Virus record (IMG/VR): IMGVR_UViG_3300025503_000166
Span: 1-33,024 of that record
Strand: one strand, 5' to 3'
Length of the DNA stretch: 33,024 nt
DNA from: a virus
Taxonomy: Duplodnaviria; Caudoviricetes
Part shown: in pieces, positions 25,688 to 33,024 of the stretch
Layout of the letters: every line of letters begins with the position of its first letter
How positions within the stretch are numbered: position 1 is the stretch's first letter
The notes under the pieces: generated by a model
What the model saw: only the letters and a program-made list of their open reading frames with translations
Told to the model about the DNA's origin: nothing
The model's database searches: none
Made by a program: the position numbers and the translations under genes

Positions 25688-26204
25688 CGAACTGCGCAGC
25701 CGATCGCCGCTTCGTTACGGCGTCGTCACCGAGCAGGATCTGACGCTATGCCGCGTGCGCGTGAAGTTTCCCGACATGGGACAGGTGCAGAGCTACTGGC
25801 TGCACGTGCCCCAGCGCCGCACGATGAATGACAAGGGCTTCGAGCTCCCCGATATCGGCGAGGAAGTCGCCTGCCTGATGGACGATTGGGACGAGAGCGG
25901 CGTGGTGCTGGGCGCGCTCTATTCCTCGGCCGATAAGCCGGCGCCGGGCATGACAGCGAACCTCACCTATCGGGGCTGGGATGATGGCACGGTGGTGGAA
26001 TACGACCGCGGCGCGCACGTGCTGACGGTGACCGCTCCCGCGCCGGGAGCGCAGGTAAACGTGGAGGCGGCGGCCGGCAGCGTGACCATCAACGGGGCCG
26101 TGCAGGTGCAGCTCGCGCAAGGGGGCGCGAGTATCACCCTGGTCGGTGACCAGGTGCAAATCACGCCGCCGCCAATTCTCTTTGCGCAGGCGACACTGCA
26201 ATGA
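25677..26204 (+). CDS. Baseplate central spike (gpV-like)
   Basis: CRVRVKFPD, SYWL, LPDIGEEVACL, GVVLGALYS, DGTVVEYDR. Confidence 0.9.
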   Translation: MSRDELRSRSPLRYGVVTEQDLTLCRVRVKFPDMGQVQSYWLHVPQRRTMNDKGFELPDIGEEVACLMDDWDESGVVLGALYSSADKPAPGMTANLTYRGWDDGTVVEYDRGAHVLTVTAPAPGAQVNVEAAAGSVTINGAVQVQLAQGGASITLVGDQVQITPPPILFAQATLQ

Positions 26205-26656
26205 ACTTCTCGCCTAACCAACCGCCAACGCTGGGGATGTTCGGGCTGGCTGCGCCCTTCCCGGTTGTGCCCCCGATCGCCAGCGCGGACTGGTCACTCG
26301 AGCTCGACTCCACCGCCGGCGGCGCGCAAGGCGCGGGCTTCGGCCAGGTGGTGCAAGGGATCGCCGATATCCAGCAGTGCATCCAGATTATTCTGACGAC
26401 TCCACCGGGAAGCGATCCTTTCCGCCCGGATTTCGCCTGCGATCTGTTTCGATTCCTTGATCGGCCGCTGACCCGCGCACTGCCCGCGATCGTCGGCGCG
26501 GCGGCCGCGGCATTGGCCAAGTAAGAGCCGCGGATTGCGGTGCTTTCGATAACCGCGGCGGTCGACCCCGAGAATATCGGTCACATGACCGTGAGCGTGC
26601 TCTGGCAGCTCAAGACCGCGACCAGCAAACCTGTAACGACAACGGTGAACATCTGA
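26201..26656 (+). pseudogene. Baseplate wedge gpW/gp25-like gene interrupted by in-frame TAA at 26522-26524
   Basis: IILTTPPGSDPFRPDF; the frame continues ALAK*EPRI (conserved [WY]EPRI) to TGA 26656, which overlaps the J start. Confidence 0.82.
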
Positions 26657-28056
26657 TGGCGGCCGCCAATCCGATATGGCTCGCCAATTCGGCGGTGGCA
26701 AAGGGCGCCGTGATCGTCGACTCCAACGGCAACGTGCAGCAGGCGTTGATCTCGGGGTTCACCGGAGGGCAGCCACCGACGTGGCAGGCGGCGGTCGGCC
26801 AGAGTACTCCAGACGGCAGCGTCACCTGGATCTGCGTCGCGGTGCTCGCGGCCCCGACCGCGCCCACGTTGCCAGGCCCCTTGGGCGGTCTGCCGCCCCC
26901 AGTGTTCGTTGCCGACGCGGACGGCCTCGACCCGACCTCGATCCTCAGCGACATGATCGCCACTTTCCAGATCGCTGCGAATCGGACCTTGCAGCCCGCG
27001 CAGGTCGAGCGGCTGCTGATCAATCTGTACGCCTATCGCGAGGCGCTGATTCGCAACGCGATCCAATACGCCGGCCAGCAATGCCTGCTCGCCTTCGCGA
27101 CCTTTCCGATGCTCGATTACCTGGGCCAGCTCCTGGGCGTGAAGCGGCTCGCCGCGCAGGCCGCCGTGACTACGCTGCAGTTCACGCTGATCCAGGCGCT
27201 CACGGTGTCCTTTACCATTCCCGCAGGGACGCCAGTGGGAACTTCGGATGGCCAGTATCAGTTTCAGACCGATAGCGACCTGACGATCGTCGCTGGATCG
27301 ACCACGGGGTCCGTCACTGCCACGGCCACGGCCGCCGGACCTGGCGGCAATGGCTATCTGGTGGGGATGGTCGATGTTCAGCTCGCGCCCAACGCGATGA
27401 TTACGAGCGTGAGCAACACCACCACGACGGCTGGTGGCTCGGACCCGGAGACCGACGATCATTACCGCGAGCGTATTCAGCTAGCGCCCAACCAATTTTC
27501 GGTCGCCGGCCCCAGCGGCGCGTACCGGTTCTTCGCGATCGGCGTGGACCCGTCGATTATCGACGCGCAGGTGGTGTCCCCGGCGCCGGGCCAGGTGACC
27601 GTCTATGTGCTGACCGGCCCCATCCTCACGCAGCCAGCGGCGAGTCCGAACAACGCGGGCATCGCGAACTCGGCCCTCCTGGCCGAGGTCCTCGCCGCGC
27701 TCTCGGCCGACACCGTGCGGCCGCTGACCGACACGGTCGCGGTGGACGCGGTCAGCGAGGTCGATTACACGATTGCCGGCACGATCGAGCTGTTCAGCGA
27801 TGCGGACGTGACCACGGTGACGGCCGCGGTTAACGAGGCCGCCCAGCAGTTCGCGATCAACCTCGCCTCGCGCATCCAGCGCGATATCGTGCCCGAGGAA
27901 ATCATCGCGGCGCTGGGCAGCGTGGCAGGCGTCTATCGATGCACCCTAACCTCGCCGGCGTACACGCAGCTCACGCCGGGCCAATGGGCCAACTGCACCG
28001 CGATTAATCTCAGCCAGACCGCCAGCTCGGAGCATTCATTAGATGGCGTCGCTTGA
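26656..28056 (+). CDS. Baseplate J/gp47-like protein with N-terminal extension
   Basis: PAQVERLLI, LDYLG, GGSDPETDD.YRERI, FSVAGP.GAY, VRPLTDTV. Confidence 0.92.
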   Translation: MAAANPIWLANSAVAKGAVIVDSNGNVQQALISGFTGGQPPTWQAAVGQSTPDGSVTWICVAVLAAPTAPTLPGPLGGLPPPVFVADADGLDPTSILSDMIATFQIAANRTLQPAQVERLLINLYAYREALIRNAIQYAGQQCLLAFATFPMLDYLGQLLGVKRLAAQAAVTTLQFTLIQALTVSFTIPAGTPVGTSDGQYQFQTDSDLTIVAGSTTGSVTATATAAGPGGNGYLVGMVDVQLAPNAMITSVSNTTTTAGGSDPETDDHYRERIQLAPNQFSVAGPSGAYRFFAIGVDPSIIDAQVVSPAPGQVTVYVLTGPILTQPAASPNNAGIANSALLAEVLAALSADTVRPLTDTVAVDAVSEVDYTIAGTIELFSDADVTTVTAAVNEAAQQFAINLASRIQRDIVPEEIIAALGSVAGVYRCTLTSPAYTQLTPGQWANCTAINLSQTASSEHSLDGVA

Positions 28057-29521
28057 GCCACAGCCGTCGATCGCGCCCGACCTGCGCGTGCAGGCGCTGA
28101 TGAAGCTGATTGCGCGGCTGGACGGGATAGATCTGTCGCCGATGCTGGTCTATCGAATCGATTCTGCGCCGGCTAGCGCCATCCCATATCTGGCGTGGCA
28201 GTTCGATGTTGCGTCACCCCTGTGGCAGTTGATCGAAGCGATCGATCAGCGATCGATGATCAAGGCGATGGCGGCGTTGCATCAGACGAAGGGGACGCCG
28301 GCGGCGATCAAGAGCGCGCTGGCGGCGCTGGGATGGCCGCAGGCGCAGTTGCTGGAGGGGCAACAATCGTGGGGCGGCAGCAGCTATCCCAGCAGCCAGG
28401 GATGGGCCGCGTGCCGCGTGATGAACCGCATGGGCGTCACACTGAGCACGTACGATCTCGCGGTGCTCGCGCTGAATCCAACCGCATATTGGAAGCTCGA
28501 CGATCCGGGTTACGTCGCGCGGGACGCGACGCCGGCGCGCCGAGACCTCCTGGGCTCGCCGGCTGGCGGTTTCGTCAGCCCCGGGGCGGCTCCGCTTCTT
28601 GGGGACGGCGAGACGTCGATGTCATTCAGCCAGGGATACCATCCGCCGCTTTTTCCCTGCCTGACGGCTGCGGTCGAAGGCGTGCTGCTCGGCCCTGACA
28701 CGACCGTCACTGCGTGGGTGAGTCTTGATCCGGCAGCGCTCACTCCGGGCAATCAACTGGCGATCGTGTCCCAGCGCGGCTGGGACGGCGACGACGGGTG
28801 GTTCGGCCTCAACTACGACACGGGGTCGCCGCTCGGGCTGATGGTAAACTCTTATGTTTCTGGCCAGTTTTACGCTCCGTTTCCGACAGACGGAGCGGTC
28901 CATTTCGTAGGGTACAGCACGGACGGCGCGACCACCCGAATCTACGTCGATGGAAGCCTCGTGGCGAGGGGATCGCAGCCGCTTGTCGCCGGCGGCGCCA
29001 CGTACTTCCAGGTCGGCTGGGACCGCGGCACCCCGGGAGCAAACTGGCGGGGGCGTATCGGTCGCGTCGCGACGTTCTCGGGCGTCCTCACCGACGCGCA
29101 GATCGCGGCGCTCTACCAGGCGGGGATCTCCTCGCGCGCAGCGGCTGCGGTGACCCCATCGGCCGCGCCGGCCGCCGCTCCGGGGCTGATCACCGCGGCC
29201 TTCAACTTCTTCAAGCCGGCGCGCGTTTGGCTCGATGCGGTCGTATTCGAGTCGGCGCCGCAGGCCGACGCGATTAGCTCTCCCGCGGACGCCGCCAGCG
29301 GCTTCTCCGGCTACTTTGACATCACCGGCGTCTTCGACGTTCTCAACGCGCCGCGCGATTCCTTCTCCTTCACTTTGCCGGCGGCGAGCGACCCGTACGC
29401 GCTGCCCCTGACCTACGACAAGCGCTCGCAGCATGCCGGCGACAGCTACGCCAATGTGCGCGTCGGCCCGAGCGACGGCGCCACCACGCTCAACGGAAAT
29501 CCGGTGGAGGGTAATCGATGA
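28043..29521 (+). CDS. Tail protein I (P2 gpI-like) with inserted LamG/ConA-like lectin domain
   Basis: IPYLAWQF, HQTKGTP.AIK; insert PTAYWKLDD...RIYVDG...VLTDAQIAALYQAG; resumes FKPARVWL. Confidence 0.85.
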   Translation: MASLEPQPSIAPDLRVQALMKLIARLDGIDLSPMLVYRIDSAPASAIPYLAWQFDVASPLWQLIEAIDQRSMIKAMAALHQTKGTPAAIKSALAALGWPQAQLLEGQQSWGGSSYPSSQGWAACRVMNRMGVTLSTYDLAVLALNPTAYWKLDDPGYVARDATPARRDLLGSPAGGFVSPGAAPLLGDGETSMSFSQGYHPPLFPCLTAAVEGVLLGPDTTVTAWVSLDPAALTPGNQLAIVSQRGWDGDDGWFGLNYDTGSPLGLMVNSYVSGQFYAPFPTDGAVHFVGYSTDGATTRIYVDGSLVARGSQPLVAGGATYFQVGWDRGTPGANWRGRIGRVATFSGVLTDAQIAALYQAGISSRAAAAVTPSAAPAAAPGLITAAFNFFKPARVWLDAVVFESAPQADAISSPADAASGFSGYFDITGVFDVLNAPRDSFSFTLPAASDPYALPLTYDKRSQHAGDSYANVRVGPSDGATTLNGNPVEGNR

Positions 29522-30027
29522 TCGCTCCCGCTCGCATGAATCGAAAGCCGCGCGGCCACGTGACGATCCGCGCATGGCGCCGCGGGAAGCTGCTCTGGAC
29601 GCGCGAGGGCGACAACCTGATCGTCAACGCGGCGCTGGGGCCGATCGCCAACCTGGTGGGCGGCGCGGTCGTGGCCACGAACGCGATCGCGGTGGTGGGC
29701 TTCGGGAGCGGCACCACGGCGCCCACGGTTAACGACACCGATATCACGGCGCCGGCCTACTACAAGGCGGTCGCGTCCGTCAGCTATCCGCAATCCGGCT
29801 ACGCGCAATTCACCTGGGAGATCGTCGGCTCGACCGATACCGGCGCGGTCGGAATTAACGTGCAGGAGCTCGCCTTCTACGCGAACAGCGGCAGTGTCGC
29901 GCTGCCGATCGCGCGCGCGGCCGGCGCGGGCGCGCCGAACCTCACGATGATGGCGCATATACTGCTCAATGTCGGCGTGATCGCGAGCAACGGCAGCTAC
30001 ACTGGCACCTGGACCTTCGAGGCGTAA
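29518..30027 (+). CDS. Tail-fibre attachment/collar-like protein
   Basis: NLIVN, FGSGTTAP..DT, GINVQELAFY; follows gpI. Confidence 0.72.
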   Translation: MIAPARMNRKPRGHVTIRAWRRGKLLWTREGDNLIVNAALGPIANLVGGAVVATNAIAVVGFGSGTTAPTVNDTDITAPAYYKAVASVSYPQSGYAQFTWEIVGSTDTGAVGINVQELAFYANSGSVALPIARAAGAGAPNLTMMAHILLNVGVIASNGSYTGTWTFEA

Positions 30028-30032
30028 GCGCG

Positions 30033-30599
30033 ATGAGCACACTGACGGATACCCCCGAGTTCACGGCGAACGAGATTTACGAGATCGAATCGACCGATCC
30101 GGTCGAGGGCGCGGCCGCCGGCGCGAGTTATGGCGGGATCGGGGTGAGCAATCAGCCCCATCAGCAACTCGCGAATCGGACCGCATTCCTGAAGGGGCGG
30201 CAGGACACGAATATCGGCAATATCGCGTCGCTGCAGTCACAGGTCGCCGCGCTCAACAGCTTCATGGGCGAGTTCAGCGGGCTGCTCGCGGAAAATGGGT
30301 ATGCGTGGATCGGCCTGGGCGCGCAAAAGATGCTGGTGCAGTGGGGGATGTTCGCGCCGACCATCGGCATCACCGGAGATACGGTCTACACCGTGGCATG
30401 GCCGACCGCTTTTCCCACGGTCTGCATCGCTGCCTTCGCGACTCCGATTTACAGCAACTCGGCCGACCTCGGCGTGGGGGTGCAGGCCGACCAGTACAAC
30501 AATCCTCAGCTCACGATTGCTCAGGGGACCTTCTTCGTGAACCGCTTCAACGTGAACGGATACATCACGGGATTCTACTGGCTGGCGATCGGATGGTGA
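30033..30599 (+). CDS. Short tail fibre protein with gp53-like C-terminal domain
   Basis: IYEIE..DPVEG, NQPHQQLANRT.FLK, ENGY...VQWG, WPTAFP, YWLAIGW. Confidence 0.82.
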   Translation: MSTLTDTPEFTANEIYEIESTDPVEGAAAGASYGGIGVSNQPHQQLANRTAFLKGRQDTNIGNIASLQSQVAALNSFMGEFSGLLAENGYAWIGLGAQKMLVQWGMFAPTIGITGDTVYTVAWPTAFPTVCIAAFATPIYSNSADLGVGVQADQYNNPQLTIAQGTFFVNRFNVNGYITGFYWLAIGW

Positions 30600-30612
30600 C
30601 GGCGGCCGCCCG

Positions 30613-32529
30613 ATGAACCTGTACACCGCCAGCTATCCGAGCCTGACCGCGTACCTGAGCACCATCCAGTACACGGTGCAATTCAACGCGCCGAACACGG
30701 GACCTGCGGAGCTTCAGTTCAACGCGCTGGCCGCGGTCCAGATCGTCAAGCCGGGCGCGACCGGAAACGTGCCGCTGGCCGGCGGCGAGATCGGCGCCGG
30801 CGCGACGATGAATCTCACGTACGACGCGACCGGTTACGAAGGAGGGCCGGCATTCGTGCTGGGTGCCTCGGTGCCGGTAATCCCAGACCATTCGCTGGGC
30901 GCGCAGCAGATGGCGGGCGACGCCAACGCGAACCTGGTCGCGGACAGCGGCTTTCAGCTCGGCTCCTCGTATTGGGACTTTTCGGGCGCCGGCGCTATCG
31001 CGATCGCGCAAGGCGCCGGCGGCGGCGGCCAGAACGCGCTTGAGCTCGCCGGCACCGGCGCCGCGAGCGGCAACCTGGAGGTGGTGAGCGCGGCGATCCC
31101 AGTGATACCGGGTCAGAGCTACGTGCTGAGCGCATATATCGACTCGCGCTTCGTCAGCAGCGGGACGCCGGCGTGGCTCCTGATGTCGGTGGACCGCACG
31201 ACCACGTATGCCAGCGTCGAGGTCGGCGCCGGCGCCCTGGGCCGCACGCCCGGCGCGGCGGTGACGATTCCCGCAGGCGTCGCGTCCGTTGTGGTGGTGT
31301 TCGTCACCCAGAACTGCACGGTGGAAAGCGGCGAGAAGCTGCTCGCCAGCGCGCCGCAACTCGAAGTCGGCGCCACCGTCACGCAGTACAAGTCTCAGCC
31401 CGTGGGAGCTGCTTTCTCGCTGGATAATCTGCCTGACGGCTCGACTTACGCGCGGATGGTCGCGGCGGCGCTGCTCGGCGGCAAGTTAGCGAATTTCCTC
31501 GCCGGGGTGCAGGGAGGAACGGCGTTTCCGGCGTCGCCGGCGACGGGTGCTGTCTTCTTTCGCAGCGACACAAACCGCTTCTTCCTGTACGACGGCTCGG
31601 CCTGGATTCAGGTATCGCTCGCCTCGCTCGATGAACTCGCGGACGGGGCGACGTACGGGCGCACGCTGCTGAGCCGGCTGAGCGCCGGGGTGCCGTACAC
31701 GTTTCTGGGCGCGTGGAGCTCGACGACGGCGTACAGCGTCGGTGACGAGGTGGTGAGCGGCGGCAATTACTACATTTGCATCGCGGCCAACACCAACAGC
31801 GCCCCGCCCAGCGCCAATTGGCAGTTGGAGGGACCCGACTCGCTGGACAACGTCTCTGATGGCACGACCTACCAGCGGATGCCGGTCGCAAACATGGACA
31901 GCAATCGGCGCGGGCTGATCGATTTCTCGCAGAGCGGGCACCTGAACAAGATCCTCGACGAGATCGCGGACGGCAGCACGTACGGGCGCACCCTGCTGAC
32001 CGCGCTGACCAGCGGCCAGGTGGATCTTTCGCGCGCCGGGGTGATCAACAAGACGCTGGATAACATCGCAGACGGCGTGGCGCGCGCCGCGCAACTGAAG
32101 TTCTCGCTGCCCAATGTAGGCAGCGCACAGTGGGTGCATCTGGGCACGTGGGTTTTTGCTGGCGAGCCGTCACAATTCAAGGCCGAGCTGGTCGCGGGAG
32201 GCGGCTACAACTCCGGCGGCGCGCAACAGGGAACCTGTCTGCTGTACGTGCGCACCGCGAATGGGGGCACTGCGCCTAACATCTCGGGTGCGTCGTATTT
32301 TGGCTTCGGCGGCGGCACGCTGATCGGAGGGTTCAAGGTCGTCGCGACCGGGAGCAGCACGAGCGCGACCAACACGTCGTGGGAGCTGTACATCTACCAG
32401 GAGGGCGCGACCGGCGGCATCGTGTTGGTCGACCTGCAGGAGGGCGACACCTTCACTTATTCGGGCGCGACGGGGCAGACCGATCCTGGTGCGGCTTCGT
32501 CGACGGTGGTGGTCGGCACCGGCGGCTAG
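30613..32529 (+). CDS. Modular tail fibre/receptor-binding protein with carbohydrate-binding-like domains
   Basis: CBM4/9-like NLVADSGF...PQLEVG; FPASPATG..FFRSDT; CBM5/12-like WSSTTAYSVGD; repeated LDxxxDGxTY linkers. Confidence 0.82.
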   Translation: MNLYTASYPSLTAYLSTIQYTVQFNAPNTGPAELQFNALAAVQIVKPGATGNVPLAGGEIGAGATMNLTYDATGYEGGPAFVLGASVPVIPDHSLGAQQMAGDANANLVADSGFQLGSSYWDFSGAGAIAIAQGAGGGGQNALELAGTGAASGNLEVVSAAIPVIPGQSYVLSAYIDSRFVSSGTPAWLLMSVDRTTTYASVEVGAGALGRTPGAAVTIPAGVASVVVVFVTQNCTVESGEKLLASAPQLEVGATVTQYKSQPVGAAFSLDNLPDGSTYARMVAAALLGGKLANFLAGVQGGTAFPASPATGAVFFRSDTNRFFLYDGSAWIQVSLASLDELADGATYGRTLLSRLSAGVPYTFLGAWSSTTAYSVGDEVVSGGNYYICIAANTNSAPPSANWQLEGPDSLDNVSDGTTYQRMPVANMDSNRRGLIDFSQSGHLNKILDEIADGSTYGRTLLTALTSGQVDLSRAGVINKTLDNIADGVARAAQLKFSLPNVGSAQWVHLGTWVFAGEPSQFKAELVAGGGYNSGGAQQGTCLLYVRTANGGTAPNISGASYFGFGGGTLIGGFKVVATGSSTSATNTSWELYIYQEGATGGIVLVDLQEGDTFTYSGATGQTDPGAASSTVVVGTGG

Positions 32530-33024
32530 GTCCTCGGGCCCGGGGGCGCCGGCCTCGACGCCGTGCTCGACGGCGGCATCTACATCCGGATTCCCGCCGG
32601 CAACGTGGACGGCAATCGCGCCGTCATCACCGGCGGCATCAGCCCCAACGCCGTCACCGGTTCCGCGGTCCAGACGATCACGTCGGGGAGTTTCGCCGTC
32701 GATGCGTGGACGCACGCGCTAACCGTCACCCTGGTCCTAGAGGCGAGCAGCGACTTACGCCTCGTGTCGGTCCTTGGGGTGCTGGCAGGCTGCCCGACTG
32801 ATGCATATTATCCTGTGAAGCTTACGGACTCGGCGGGGAACACTATCATCATGTCATCCGTCGTGCCCGACCCTAGCAACGAAACCGTGACGTGGACCGC
32901 CATCCTAGATCCATCGTACGAGATCCCTGCAGACGGGGCGTATTGGGTCTGGTTTTGGAACGGCTTCAGCACGGCGCCTGGGATCACGCGACTGTCGGTG
33001 TCTATGGTGGACGTCAAGCGATGA
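32530..33024 (+). pseudogene. In-frame continuation of the fibre gene beyond TAG 32527-32529 (or a separate ORF from GTG 32563)
   Basis: Same frame as 30613; carries another linker repeat GLDAVLDGGIYIRI that spans the putative GTG start; no clear RBS. Confidence 0.6.

Larger units (their letters stand above)
1..33024. mobile_element. Mu-like transposable (pro)phage, BcepMu/B3-like layout, contractile tail; both ends lie outside the window
   Basis: Ner plus divergent repressor; Mu-type gp25-gp30, I/Z, T, gp36, G, gp37 head block; P2-type tail block. Transposase not visible. Confidence 0.93.

Noticed and set aside
10290-32529. Genome-wide stop-codon reassignment
   Set aside because: The internal stops are of three kinds (TGA, TAA, TAG). 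TAA and TGA clearly end many genes, TAG ends the 4427 and 12714 ORFs, and no suppressor tRNA is seen.
30613-33024. Diversity-generating retroelement or invertible fibre segment
   Set aside because: No reverse transcriptase, template repeat, invertase or inverted repeats seen in the window; sequence to the right is unknown.

Overview
The whole window is part of a GC-rich Mu-like (transposable) myophage or prophage. Its layout is BcepMu/B3-like: the early arm runs leftwards off the window (ner, then a Dam-type adenine methyltransferase missing from the ORF track), and a central repressor switch sits next to a rightward late arm. The late arm carries an atypical lysis cassette, Mu-type head genes (gp25/26/27-like, terminase, portal, MuF, protease/scaffold, major capsid, gp36, gpG, gp37) and a P2-type contractile tail (sheath, tube, E/E', tape measure, U, X, D, V, W, J, I, fibres). 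The transposase and genome ends are not in the window. Most notable: (1) MuF ends in an R-STS-QxE ADP-ribosyltransferase domain followed by a small candidate immunity ORF; (2) an RRM RNA-binding protein sits just after the tail-chaperone -1 frameshift cassette; (3) two identical 29-bp late-promoter elements and the early promoter all appear to produce leaderless mRNAs; (4) a DUF6582-like domain is fused to the head protease; (5) one beta-module is grafted onto three virion proteins; (6) in-frame stops interrupt the gp25/W gene and the long fibre gene. All family calls come from motif recognition by eye; no database search was run.
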